64,000 nucleotides of DNA. It comes from Tubulanus polymorphus (taxonomy: Eukaryota; Animalia; Nemertea). A program made the translations under genes and the position numbers. Below, piece after piece: positions 11,545 to 24,549 of the stretch. The notes beneath the pieces were generated by a model. It was not told where the DNA came from and ran no database searches. It saw only the letters and a list, made by a program, of their open reading frames with translations. Location of the stretch: the NCBI RefSeq assembly GCF_964204645.1, contig NC_134026.1, forward strand, positions 13,204,050 through 13,268,049, read 5' to 3'. Position 1 is the first letter of the stretch, and every line of letters begins with the position of its first letter.

Positions 11545-13148
11545 CTACAACTTTTTTAATAATTCTTTGAGCACCTGGACTTTTTCCTTCTCGATTTCAG
11601 TTCTATCATTTTCTAGTTTCAAAAACTGTTCATGTTCCTTTTTCATCTCAGTCATAATTTCTTGGTGTTCTTCTCGCCTTACTTTTTCATAATCCGCCAA
11701 AATATCATGTAACTCCTGCGTCCGTTTATTTGGCCTTTTGCGCTTTGGGGGGTTCTGGGGGAATAAATCTGAAGGATCATCACTAGTACTAATGTCACAC
11801 TCTTCAATATCATTATTGTTGAGATTTTCAAATGCTGAGACAGAGAAATCAGGACGGGTGTTGGGCTTGGACCCTAGGATATTGTCCAACTCATCGAAAA
11901 ATTTACACGTTGCAGGGGAGTTCCCAGTTTGATTGTTTTTATCACAGGTTTGTTTGTACATATGAACCAAATTGTTCCATTTAGCTTTAATCTGCTCCCA
12001 AGTATATATATAACCTTCTTCTTTCAATTTTTCAGCAATTTTTTCCCAAAGTGGACGCTTCTTCTTCCCCATTTTACTAAAGTCCTCATCCATTTCTGTA
12101 CGAAGGTGAATGATAAGCTTAACAGCATTATCAGGCATTTGTTGTTTGTCAGAAAATAAAAAAATTTAATATGATATTGTTCAGAAAAAACTAACAAATT
12201 TAGGCATATTCTGTTTTTCTTAGCAAGACAAATAATGGGCTAAAAATATTGATAAAGCACGGATGACCAATGAAAGATGTCCCCTATAACAAAAATCATA
12301 AAACATAGCTATAATATTCAAAGATCAATAAACATGACTTAGTAAAGGAAAGGATACTAACTGTAGCCTATTTGATATATTAAAGACTTACCACTATCAA
12401 TACTTTTCACAGTTGTTTTACGGTTTACTGTTTGCCTGTTACCAGTAATTTCATCCGTATTAGATACACGTACATTATTTTCTGTTTGAATTTGTGGTCT
12501 CTTGTGAACTGGAAAAAAAGGAAACAAATTAACAAAGGATCTATGACTATGTCGAGCATTCATATCTATTTTCATCACATATGTCCTATGTAACATAAAA
12601 CGCAATGCTTTATACATAATATTTCAAACTTCTCATTTTCACGACGATTAAACATATGATACCGGTATTCATATGGCAATCAATAGCATTAGCACCAGGA
12701 CTGGGAGTAAAGTAGTCTACTGACTGGGTACTATTTTATTCACATCATAGATAGGCCTACTCTACTACATCTTAAAGAACTCTAAACATACTTAACACTT
12801 ACCATTACCAGGCAAAATATCGTCAGGAACCCTTATGTGAATTTTTTCGTCAGGAGGTAATGCAGCTAAGTCATAATCAGATTTAATTTGTTCAATGACA
12901 GCAGGTGAATCTGAAATAAGGATGTTTAATGAGCATTATCAATAAATTAACTTTGAATTTAGAAAGAATTGCATGCAATGGAGTTAATTACAGCACATAC
13001 AATCGCTATTAGAAATAATTTTACGAATTATATATAGTCCGTGCATCTATTTAATCTTACTGTCTCTGATCCATTTATAAGCGTCCATAGAGTCAGCTAT
13101 GGCGGATATTGTCTTATCAGCGATTACCAAATCAAAGGGGACCGCCAT
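11545..13148 (-). CDS. Harbinger Myb/SANT (trihelix) DNA-binding protein, probably 4 exons
   Basis: Last exon LWEKIAEKL..YTWEQIKAKWNNL..YK..CKFFDELD plus a coiled-coil tail. In-frame upstream exons 13148-13061, 12910-12803 and 12508-12392 have GTAAG donors. Confidence 0.8.
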
Positions 13149-13788
13149 GTTGGAAAAGTCGGTTTGGTCTTGCAAACCGCTCGGCGAACGGTTTGGTCGG
13201 TTTACGCAAACCGTTTAGGTTTACGCGTGAACAAAGACGACGGTTTATGAAAACCGGTTTGCAAACCGTTATGAACAAATGCGATTTTCCTACAAAGCGA
13301 AACGGTTTGTGCAAACCGGTTTCAAACAAATGCGCCTCAGGTTTTGCCCGTCCGCCATCTTCCGCGGAATTTACGGATCTGTCACAACCCAAGTGGCAAT
13401 CTTAGTATTCAAACTATTATAAATTGAAGATTTCAGAGGTGGCATGATGATTTGTTTGCGGGCCGCCTACGGCCAGGAAAAGAAGAAAAATAATTCATAT
13501 GAAGTAGAAGATTAAGAAATTATATAAACGGAAGCCTAATCATTCATAACGAGCGGGTGGATCCGATTGTTTTTTGAATTTTTGCCACGCTGGGCGGCAC
13601 CGCAACCGCCAATTCGTTCGTTGGAATTAATACAATTCATATCTCCCAGTTATGATGTGATTGGGATTTTGAAAAATCAATCTTGTGAGAATAGAATGGT
13701 ACCGGTATTAGTAGTACGTATTTATAGTTTAGTATGACGTAGTAATAGACTGCTTAGCGGGTGGATGATATCCTCGTTAGTAAGCCTG

Positions 13789-14129
13789 AGTAATAGGGGT
13801 AATGGGCTTTCAGATCAAAGGTCGAACGGTCGAGCTCATAAAAATGAAAAACATGAAAATAATAACAATTTCTACTTGAATTAGTCGCGAAACTCATAAA
13901 AAATGAAAAATAATTCTCACACACTCGAATTTATTTTTCATTTTTACTCGCTAGAAAAAAGTGTGAGTAAAGTGTGAGTGAAATAAATTCGAGCGCGCGA
14001 GAATTATTTTTCATTTTTTATGAGTTTCACTCCTAATTCAAGTAGAAATTGTTATTATTTTCATGTTTTTCATTTTTTATGAACTCGACCATTCAACCTT
14101 TAACCTGAAAGCCCATTACCCCTATTACT
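13789..14129. repeat. Terminal palindrome (hairpin) 1 of a Maverick-like element
   Basis: AGTAATAGGGGTAATGGGCTTTC...GAAAGCCCATTACCCCTATTACT with about 150-bp imperfect arms; marks the switch to very AT-rich DNA. Confidence 0.85.
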
Positions 14130-14249
14130 CTTAAAATATTCATATACATGAATAAAATATATATGAATAACATATAAATTGATAGATTATTCAATATAAA
14201 AGTGTGAGTGAAATGATTCATATTTAAAACATTGAATATTTATATTTGA

Positions 14250-14900
14250 ATGAGTTTTAATAAAAATTTTGTTATAAAAATGAAGAAAGAAGAAGAAGAA
14301 CCCAACTTTAAAATCGAAATCAATGAAACCAATAAATCATTTTCACAGTTTTACATTAAAAATTATATTTCAGCAACAAATTTAGTGTCCGCAAGGTATT
14401 ATAGAATTGAAAATATTACTGTAATTAATCAAATATTATCAAATGAAACATATTTGATTACTGAACTAGTAGATACTTTTGATAATGGTGTTAAAAATCC
14501 TAAAGTATTCAATACAGTTTTAAATTTTAAAGGAACTTTAGATGAAAACATAATTAATATTCTTAAAACTCCTTTCAATGAAAGAAATGATGATATAATA
14601 CTTTCAAAAGATTACAATGATTTGATTAACTTAAGAATTGAAAAAAGACAATTATATTATTTCAATTTTGATAATAAAAAAATTATCTATAATGAAAATT
14701 CATCAAATATTGGAATTCAATGTGAATTAGATAATGAAAAATCATTTAAAGATATTGCAGTTCAATGCAATTTAGATGATGAATTTAGAAAATTCAATCC
14801 TAATGAAAAAGTGCATTGTTATTGCGGAGGTAAATACTTAAAATCACATAAATCAAAGCATTATGAAACAATTAAACATAAAAACTGGCGTAAAGAGTAA
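14250..14900 (+). CDS. Hypothetical viral protein with a C-terminal C2H2-like zinc finger
   Basis: 216-aa ORF ending VHCYCGGKYLKSHKSKHYETIKH. Confidence 0.6.
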   Translation: MSFNKNFVIKMKKEEEEPNFKIEINETNKSFSQFYIKNYISATNLVSARYYRIENITVINQILSNETYLITELVDTFDNGVKNPKVFNTVLNFKGTLDENIINILKTPFNERNDDIILSKDYNDLINLRIEKRQLYYFNFDNKKIIYNENSSNIGIQCELDNEKSFKDIAVQCNLDDEFRKFNPNEKVHCYCGGKYLKSHKSKHYETIKHKNWRKE

Positions 14901-14953
14901 CAATTCTACATTATAATTATTGAATTGAGTTAAATGATTTAAATATCTAAATA

Positions 14954-17780
14954 GACTGTTAAAATGATAAATTGTTTGACAGTTGAAATGATAAATTGTT
15001 TGACAGTTGAAATGATAAATTGTTTGACAGTTGAAATGATAAGACAGTTGAAATGTTAAATTGTTTGACTGTTGAAATGATGAATTGTTTGACAGTTGAA
15101 ATGATACATTGTTTGACAGTTGAAATGATAAATTGTTTGACAGTTGAAATGATAAATTGTTTGACAGTTGAAATGATAAATTGTTTGACAGTTGAAATGA
15201 TAAATTGTTTGACAGTTTAAATGATAAATTGTTTGACAGTCGAAATGATAAATTGTTTGACAGTCGAAATGATAAATTGTTTGACAGTTGAAATGATAAA
15301 TTGTTTGACAGTTGAAATGATAAATTGTTTGACAGTTGAAATGATAAATTGTTTGACTGTTGAAATGTTAAATTGTTTGACTGTTGAAATGATAAATTGT
15401 TTGACAGTTGAAATGATAAATTGTTTGACAGTTGAAATGATAAATTGTTTGACAGCTGAAATGATAAATTGTTTGACTGTTGAAATGTTGAATTGTTTGA
15501 CTGTTGAAATGATAAATTGTTTGACAGTTGAAATGATAAATTGTTTGACAGTTGAAATGATAAATTGTTTGGCAGTTGAAATGATAAGACAGCTGAAATG
15601 ATAAATTGTTTGACAGTTGAAATGATAAATTGTTTGACAGTTGAAATGATAAGACAGTTGAAATGTTAAATTGTTTGACTGTTGAAATGATAAATTGTTT
15701 GACAGTTGAAATGATAAATTGTTTGACAGTTGAAATGATAAATTGTTTGACAGTTTAAATGATAAATTGTTTGACAGTTTAAATGATAAATTGTTTGACA
15801 GTTTAAATGATAAATTGTTTGACAGTTGAAATGATAAATTGTTTGACAGTTGAAATGATAAATTGTTTGACAGTTGAAATGATAAATTGTTTGACAGTTG
15901 AAATGATAAATTGTTTGACGGTTTAAATGATAAATTGTTTGACAGTTGAAATGATAAATTGTTTGACAGTTGAAATGATAAGACAGTTGAAATGTTAAAT
16001 TGTTTGACTGTTGAAATGATAAATTGTTTGACAGTTGAAATGATAAATTGTTTGACAGTTGAAATGATAAATTGTTTGACAGTTGAAATGATAAATTGTT
16101 TGACAGTTTAAATGATAAATTGTTTGACAGTTTAAATGATAAATTGTTTGACAGTTGAAATGATAAATTGTTTGACAGTTGAAATGATAAATTGTTTGGC
16201 AGTTGAAATGATAAGACAGCTGAAATGATAAATTGTTTGACAGTTGAAATGATAAATTGTTTGACAGTTGAAATGATAAGACAGCTGAAATGATAAATTG
16301 TTTGACTGTTGAAATGTTAAATTGTTTGACTGTTGAAATGATAAATTGTTTGACAGTTGAAATGATAAATTGTTTGACAGTCGAAATGATAAATTGTTTG
16401 ACAGTTGAAATGATAAATTGTTTGACTGTTGAAATGTTAAATTGTTTGACTGTTGAAATGATAAATTGTTTGACAGTTGAAATGATAAATTGTTTGACAG
16501 TTGAAATGATAAATTGTTTGACAGCTGAAATGATAAATTGTTTGACTGTTGAAATGTTGAATTGTTTGACTGTTGAAATGATAAATTGTTTGACAGTTGA
16601 AATGATAAATTGTTTGACAGTTGAAATGATAAATTGTTTGACAGTCGAAATGATAAATTGTTTGACGGTTTAAATGATAAATTGTTTGACAGTTGAAATG
16701 ATAAATTGTTTGACAGTTGAAATGATAAGACAGTTGAAATGTTAAATTGTTTGACTGTTGAAATGATAAATTGTTTGACAGTTGAAATGATAAATTGTTT
16801 GACAGTTGAAATGATAAATTGTTTGACAGTTTAAATGATAAATTGTTTGACAGTTTAAATGATAAATTGTTTGACAGTTGAAATGATAAATTGTTTGACA
16901 GTTGAAATGATAAATTGTTTGGCAGTTGAAATGATAAGACAGCTGAAATGATAAATTGTTTGACAGTTGAAATGATAAATTGTTTGACAGTTGAAATGAT
17001 AAGACAGCTGAAATGATAAATTGTTTGACTGTTGAAATGTTAAATTGTTTGACTGTTGAAATGATAAATTGTTTGACAGTTGAAATGATAAATTGTTTGA
17101 CAGGTGAAATGATAAATTGTTTGACAGCTGAAATGATAAATTGTTTGACTGTTGAAATGTTAAATTGTTTGACTGTTGAAATGATAAATTGTTTGACAGT
17201 TGAAATGATAAATTGTTTGACAGTTGAAATGATAAATTGTTTGACAGTCGAAATGATAAATTGTTTGACAGTTTAAATGATAAATTGTTTGACAGTTGAA
17301 ATGATAAATTGTTTGAAAGTTGAAATGATAAATTGTTTGACAGTTGAAATGATAAATTGTTTGGCAGTTGAAATGATAAGACAGCTGAAATGATAAATTG
17401 TTTGACAGTTGAAATGATAAATTGTTTGACAGTTGAAATGATAAATTGTTTGGCAGTTGAAATGATAAGACAGCTGAAATGATAAATTGTTTGACAGTTG
17501 AAATGATAAATTGTTTGACAGTTGAAATGATAAATTGTTTGACAGCTGAAATGATAAATTGTTTGACTGTTGAAATGTTAAATTGTTTGTTGAAATGATA
17601 AATTGTTTGACAGTTGAAATGATAAATTGTTTGACAGTTGAAATGATAAATTGTTTGACAGCTGAAATGATAAATTGTTTGACTGTTGAAATGTTAAATT
17701 GTTTGACTGTTGAAATGATAAATTGTATGACAGTTGAAATGATAAATTGTTTGACAGTTGAAATGATAAATGGTTTGACA
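14954..17780 (+). repeat. 24-bp minisatellite array (ATGATAAATTGTTTGACAGTTGAA), roughly 120 units
   Basis: Contiguous tandem units with a recurring 17-bp variant lacking ATTGTTT and a few recurring point variants. Confidence 0.98.
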
Positions 17781-18296
17781 ATAGAAATCAAAAAGATTTA
17801 AATAAAAAAACAATAAGTTACTTTATCTAATACTAACTTATTTAACTTATTGTTTTTTTATTTAAATCTTTTTGATTTCTATTCGCACTATTGGTTAACA
17901 AGAATTGACTAGAATTCAAATAGATTTAACAAGAAATTCAATAACTTAGTTAGTATCACTCTTGTATTATTTCATTGTTTCTCTTATTGAATAAGCCAAC
18001 TAACTAATATCACTCTTGTATTATCCTAGTCAAATGTAAAGAATTTACAATATCATACTTGAATGAATTAAAACATAAATTACTTCTGTTACTTCATTTT
18101 CAGAAATAAAGCATAATATGTATTTAATACCATTAATACGTATTTGATACCATCAATAGGTATTTGATACGTATTTAATACGTATTTAATACATTGATAC
18201 CTCAACCCTCCTTTTTTAACGTAAATATAATTTACTCATTTTCATACATTTCAACCAATATATTTTATATTTTCAGCTAATTAAACAGTTTATTTC

Positions 18297-18602
18297 TTAT
18301 TTTGATTCATATAATTCTTCATAAAGTTCGTGAAGATACATGTGATTCCTTAATGATTTTTTATTTTTATATCTTTTATTGCATATTTCACAGCATTTAA
18401 TATTATTCAATCTATCTGAAATATAATTCATATTTTCTATTAATTCAGTGTATCTAATTTTACAGCAATCATAGAATTCTAACAACTGTTTTATAGTATA
18501 AACTGAGAATGAAAATAAACCTGAAATCATAATAATTGATTTAATATTGTGTTGATTTTTATATATTAGATGTAATATTTCTAATACCTTATTTTCACTC
18601 AT
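18297..18602 (-). CDS. Small protein with a hydrophobic segment and a C2H2 zinc finger
   Basis: MSENKV...IIMISGLFSFSVY...CEICNKRYKNKKSLRNHMYLH; start context TAAAATG. Confidence 0.55.
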   Translation of the reverse strand: MSENKVLEILHLIYKNQHNIKSIIMISGLFSFSVYTIKQLLEFYDCCKIRYTELIENMNYISDRLNNIKCCEICNKRYKNKKSLRNHMYLHELYEELYESK

Positions 18603-18648
18603 TTTATAGTCAAAATATATAGAATAAATTAAATTACAAGATGCTGTT

Positions 18649-18867
18649 TTAATCCTCCAAATCATTTAAATCATTAACTTTTTTATTGTTATACTTTCTG
18701 TGATTGTTTCCATTTAACTTCTTTAATTTCTTGCTCAATTTTATATTTTCATTAATCAAATCCTTACTGACATTTTCATAATAAAAGAAAAGCGCAGCCA
18801 ATAAAAATCCACCTGCTACTAAATAATGTTTCAAATCACTTTTCCCAGTTGGGATGAAACCATCCAT
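18649..18867 (-). CDS. Small predicted membrane protein
   Basis: YLVAGGFLLAALFFYY segment; preceded by T-run plus TAAATG like the other element genes. Confidence 0.55.
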   Translation of the reverse strand: MDGFIPTGKSDLKHYLVAGGFLLAALFFYYENVSKDLINENIKLSKKLKKLNGNNHRKYNNKKVNDLNDLED

Positions 18868-18989
18868 TTATTTAAGAGAAAAATTAAACAGTTTATAAAA
18901 TATTTGCTAGTTTTTCATTAAATATTTTATCATCATTTTTAAAATATTAAACTTTTAAATGATTAAATCAAATAACAATTAAATTTACG

Positions 18990-20808
18990 GCCAAACAATT
19001 TATCATTTCAACTGTCAAACAATTTATCATTTCAACTGTCAAACAATTTATCATTTCAACTGTCAAACAATTTATCATTTCAACTGTCAAACAATTTATC
19101 ATTTCAGCTGTCTTATCATTTCAACTGCCAAACAATTTATCATTTCAACTGTCAAACAATTTATCATTTCAACTGTCAAACAATTTATCATTTCAACTGT
19201 CAAACAATTTATCATTCATACTGCCAAACAATTTATCATTTATACTGCCAAACAATTTATCATTTCGACTGTCAAACAATTTATCATTTCAACTGTCAAA
19301 CAATTTATCATTTCAACTGTCAAACAATTTATCATTTCAACTGTCAAACAATTTATCATTTCAACTGTCAAACAATTTATCATTTCAACTGTCAAACAAT
19401 TTATCATTTCAACTGTCAAACAATTTATCATTTCAACAGTCAAACAATTTAACATTTCAACAGTCAAACAATTTATCATTTCAGCTGTCTTATCATTTCA
19501 ACTGTCAAACAATTTATCATTTCAACTGTCAAACAATTTATCATTTCAACTGTCAAACAATTTAACATTTCAACAGTCAAACAATTTATCATTTCAGCTG
19601 TCTTATCATTTCAACTGTCAAACAATTTATCATTTCAACTGTCAAACAATTTATCATTTCAACTGTCAAACAATTTATCATTTCAACTGTCAAACAATTT
19701 ATCATTTAAACTGTCAAACAGTTTATCATTTCGACTGTCAAACAATTTATCATTTCAACTGTCAAACAATTTATCATTTCAACAGTCAAACAATTTAACA
19801 TTTCAACAGTCAAACAATTTAACATTTCAACAGTCAAACAATTTATCATTTCAGCTGTCTTATCATTTCAACTGTCAAACAATTTATCATTTCAACTGTC
19901 AAACAATTTATCATTTCAGCTGTCTTATCATTTCAACTGCCAAACAATTTATCATTTCAACTGTCAAACAATTTATCATTTCAACTGTCAAACAATTTAT
20001 CATTTCAACTGTCAAACAATTTATCATTTAAACTGTCAAACAATTTATCATTTCGACTGTCAAACAATTTATCATTTAAACTGTCAAGCAATTTATCATT
20101 TCAACTGTCAAACAATTTATCATTTCAACTGTCAAACAATTTATCATTTCAACTGTCAAACAATTTATCATTTCAACTGTCAAACAATTTATCATTTCAA
20201 CTGTCAAACAATTTATCATTTCAACAGTCAAACAATTTAACATTTCAACTGTCTTATCATTTCAACTGTCAAACAATTTATCATTTCAACTGTCAAACAA
20301 TTTATCATTTCAGCTGTCTTATCATTTCAACTGCCAAACAATTTATCATTTCAACTGTCAAACAATTTATCATTTCAACTGTCAAACAATTTATCATTTC
20401 AACTGTCAAACAATTTATCATTTATACTGCCAAACAATTTATCATTTCGACTGTCAAACAATTTATCATTTCGACTGTCAAACAATTTATCATTTAAACT
20501 GTCAAACAATTTATCATTTCAACTGTCAAACAATTTATCATTTCAACTGTCAAACAATTTATCATTTCAACTGTCAAACAATTTATCATTTCAACTGTCA
20601 AACAATTTATCATTTCAACTGTCAAACAATTTATCATTTCAACTGTCAAACAATTTATCATTTCAACTGTCAAACAATTTATCATTTCAACAGTCAAACA
20701 ATTTAACATTTCAACTGTCTTATCATTTCAACTGTCAAACAATTTATCATTTCAACTGTCAAACAATTTATCATTTCAACTGTCAAACAATTTATCATTT
20801 TAACAGTC
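18990..20808 (-). repeat. Second 24-bp minisatellite array, inverted, roughly 75-80 units
   Basis: Reverse complement of the 14954-17780 unit, with the same variants. Confidence 0.98.
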
Positions 20809-20979
20809 TATTAGATATTTAAATCATTTAACTCAATTCAATAATTATAATGTAGAATTGTTACGCTTTACGCCAGTTTTTATGTTTAATTGTTTCATAA
20901 TGCTTTGATTTATGTGATTATAAGTATCTGGACAATTTAATTGCTCCGCATAGATAGACAAAAGTAGTGAGATATTCAA

Positions 20980-21384
20980 TTAATTAAAAAAAATTATTTT
21001 TTTGCTTTTTTCTAAAATATTAGTCCATTTTTTTATTATCAATTTTGGAATTTCAGAAGTATTTTCATTTTTGATAGCAGTTGTTTCAGAATTATAAATA
21101 TCATGAATTTTATTTGATTTCTTATACCAATTACGCCCTATCAAAATGAATACCATTACAAATCCAACTGTAAAATATAAATATTTATCAAATATTCTAT
21201 TACCAGAAGGAGTAGAAATAACAATATTTTCACTATTATTAAAATTTTCATTATTTATTCCTTCTTTTTTAGCTTTTTTAAATTCTTGTGATTTAATTCC
21301 TAATTGTCGAGACCATTCATTTTGTTTCGGACTTCTCAGGCTTTTCTTCACAGTTAATTCCTTCACTTCTTCCACTTCGCTCAT
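20980..21384 (-). CDS. Small membrane protein (homologous to 38029-38397 and 47511-47858)
   Basis: Basic RSxKQxEWSRQLG motif plus one TM segment, shared by three copies. Confidence 0.65.
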   Translation of the reverse strand: MSEVEEVKELTVKKSLRSPKQNEWSRQLGIKSQEFKKAKKEGINNENFNNSENIVISTPSGNRIFDKYLYFTVGFVMVFILIGRNWYKKSNKIHDIYNSETTAIKNENTSEIPKLIIKKWTNILEKSKKIIFFN

Positions 21385-21921
21385 TTATTGTAGAAAAATT
21401 TTTACTTTCAATATTTGAAAATGTTATAACTCCAGTTGATAATAACGTCATAAATCCACCTAATTGAAATGATAAATATCCAATCCATTTATTTAATTCA
21501 GTCATGACTAAATAATCATTTTTTAAATCGGAATATAATCTTTTTTCATCTTGAATTGGCAGCATATAATTACATAATTTACTATAACCTTTTACTACAT
21601 TTTCTGATATCGCGTCATTATTCTAGCTGTTCTCGCGGTTTCATAAATCTTAAATAATCTAATAATTTCATCTGATTTCATTGTATCTAATTCATTATAA
21701 GTTAAATTTTTACCGATAAAATTTTTACATTTTCCAGATGCTATTAATATTTCTAATTGATGTTTACAATAAAGATAATATTCATAATTATTATTTGTTG
21801 TAACATTATTTAAAGCACCATCATCTGGAGTTAATTTTGTTTCTGTTATTCCAAAATCATCTAAAGATTTTTCAATTGGAACATCACCATTTTTAGATTT
21901 TATTTTCTTTTCACCTCCCAT
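21317..21921 (-). pseudogene. Conserved hypothetical protein, frameshifted (intact at 47791-48396)
   Basis: Two ORF pieces together equal the 201-aa ORF of copy C. Confidence 0.75.
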
Positions 21922-22072
21922 TTATATAACAAAAAAATTAGTTGTGATGTTGCAACTAGAATTTAACTAGAATGTAAATAGAATTCAACTAGATTAACAA
22001 GCTAGTTGAAATATTGTTGTTTTTATTTATTTATTGTTAGATCTAGTTGATTTTTGTTCCAACTACCAATAA

Positions 22073-23128
22073 CTAGAATTCAACTAGAATGGAGCTAAAA
22101 TATACTAAAATAAATTGAATTACTAAAATTATTATTAATTCTTCGTTCATAAAATGTTTTCTAATATCTGGCCATTGATCTATCATTCTCATTCCTTGAC
22201 AAAATATTTTATTTGCTATTCCTTCGATAGTTATTTCTACTTTTGCTATTTCAGGATTATAATAATTATCAACCTTTATTGCGCCATTAGAATATGTTGC
22301 AATGGTAAAAAATATTAATATACCTTTAATAGATCTTCTTGGGAAGTTAATATTCTCATTAATTATTTCATCATTTGCATTAATAGTTACAGTTTTAAAT
22401 TTATCAATATAATCATATAATAATGAAAATCCTTGATTGTATTGAGTTTGAATTGTGCTAGCAATATTTTCATTAGTTACTGTGTAATATTCTAAACATA
22501 TATTCGATAATTTATAACCCATATCTTTAACAACGCTAGATAATACAATTTCATTTACAGGAGCAAATGTTACCTCAAATATAATATCTTCTTGAATTAC
22601 ATATTTATATAAAGGTGCATTATTATTTATCAATTCAAAGTCTAATGGAATTTTATATTTGCTTCCATAAATCTTTTTAATCAAATTATCTGCGGCACGA
22701 GTTACTATTGCGTCATTAGCTCCTGATCTTAATTTATTATGGTTTTCCGATTGAATGCCTTGAAATATCATATTATTTCTATTTTCTTTAGTTAACCATA
22801 AATCTTTATAATGCATAAATAAATTATAATCATCTAATGACAAAACTGTTTCTGGACCAATCTTTATTGTTAATTTTTTAATCAAATATCTTCCAACATT
22901 ATCAACAACATAATTATTATTATTACCGATTACTTTTATATCGGCTGATAAATGAATACTATTTGGAACATAAAAAGTATTTTGTGTTAATCTAGGAATT
23001 CTAACATATAAAGTTTCATCAGGATTAATATTAGAAGGGTTATGAGTGATTATATGATGTGATCTTTCTGCTTTAATAGCATTAGATATTCTATGATTCT
23101 TAGAAGGATTGATATAACTCCCACTCAT
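22073..23128 (-). pseudogene. Putative major capsid protein (double jelly-roll), C-terminally truncated
   Basis: Beta-strand-rich, about 415 aa in fuller copies, highly conserved among copies, adjacent to integrase and ATPase in copy C. Homology stops near 22140. The fold is inferred, not computed. Confidence 0.6.
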
Positions 23129-23148
23129 TTATTTAACAAAAAAATTAA

Positions 23149-24549
23149 TCATTTATTTTTGTTGGTAAACATTTTCATGTTTACCAACCCAAAAATAATA
23201 GCACTTACAACTGTAATTAAAAATAAAATAATATGTTCAGCAGCAAAGTTAATAATATTTCCTGCTGATTTCAATATAAAACCAACAATTGATGCAATAA
23301 CTCCGGGCAATGCTGCAGCAGATTTTTTAGATAGTTCCCATAAATATTTTGCTAATTTCTTTAAACCATCTTTAACTTTATCTTGTATAGAATCTGGGGG
23401 TTTATCTGGTTTATTGGGAGTAGGAGTAGATTTCAGTGAATTTGATATAGCTAAACCGATTGTTGTGAATACCATAGTTACAGATGTTAGAATTGAAATA
23501 ATTGTTATACCTTCTAATTTAAATAATAATTTTATTCTATCTTAATGATATTTCAGAATTTGGTTTCATTTGATATCTTTTAAAAACATCTTTTAATCTT
23601 TTAAAATTATTACCATATTCTTTTAATAATATATCTCTTTCTTTTTTCTGTAATTCTAAATTATCTTTTAAATTATTAATTTCTTTTTCTAAACGTAATT
23701 CTTTTTGCCTATATTCTATTTCATCAATTACTTGTCGTTCTAAATCAGACTTTAATTGTTCTATTTCCTAATTTTTATCAGTTAATTCTTTTTCTAAAGT
23801 TCTAATTTTAAAATCTCATACTTTTATCGTGCGCAAATTTATCAGCTTTATTTCTTATATTAATAATTTCTCTAATTGCTTTATCAGAAAATATATTTAA
23901 ATCTTCTAATTGTTGATCTGTTGCATCAAGTAATCCATTCGGTAAAAGTTTTTCAGTTTGAACTTCGTTTGATTTAATTTTACTAGTTTTGGAAGTTTTA
24001 TTCTGTTCAGAAGTTGTTTCTGTTTTTGAATTATTTTTGATTGTTTCAAATAATTCATTAATTCTTTGTTTAAATACTCTTTCATTTTTAATACTTTCTT
24101 CTTGTGTTACATTTTCTATTTCATTACTATTTCTTATTCTTTTAATTCTAGATAGGTCTAACTTAAGCAAAGTTGATTCTTTTAATATTTTGTTTTGTTT
24201 TTTATAAGAGATATCAATATAATAATCACCGGTCAAATGATAATAATATTCACCATCTAAAAATTCTAAATTTTGTGCTAAAATTCTGGCGTCTCTAAAA
24301 TTTATATTATATTCAGATCTTTCAAATATATGTTGTAATCTACGCGCTTGGTTTATATTTTCTAAATCTTGTCTTATTAAATATGGATTTTCATTTTCAG
24401 GATTTATTCTCGATCTAGATCTTCTATCAAATGCATCTGTTGATGGGGCTTTATAACCACTATCTGTTAAATTAGAATTATATGCTGTTTCATCATTATT
24501 ATCAATATTAGTTTCAGCATCATTATAATCATCTTCATTCTTCTTCCAT
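23149..24549 (-). pseudogene. Acidic-N-terminus coiled-coil protein with C-terminal membrane segments
   Basis: Fragments homologous to 34648-36118 and 51731-53188. Confidence 0.7.

Larger units (their letters stand above)
9085..13337. mobile_element. PIF/Harbinger DNA transposon, full length
   Basis: TIRs AGGCGCATTTGTTTGAAA(G/C)CGGTTTGCACAAAC; 3-bp TSD CAG at 9082-9084 and 13338-13340; convergent transposase and Myb/SANT genes. Confidence 0.95.

Noticed and set aside
15221-20709. MINCLTVE-repeat ORFs and their antisense ORFs as proteins
   Set aside because: By-product of a stop-free 24-bp unit; frames are broken at random by 17-bp variants and TAA-forming substitutions.
14954-20808. 24-bp arrays as a CRISPR array
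   Set aside because: Units are contiguous with no unique spacers, there are no cas genes, and the context is eukaryotic.
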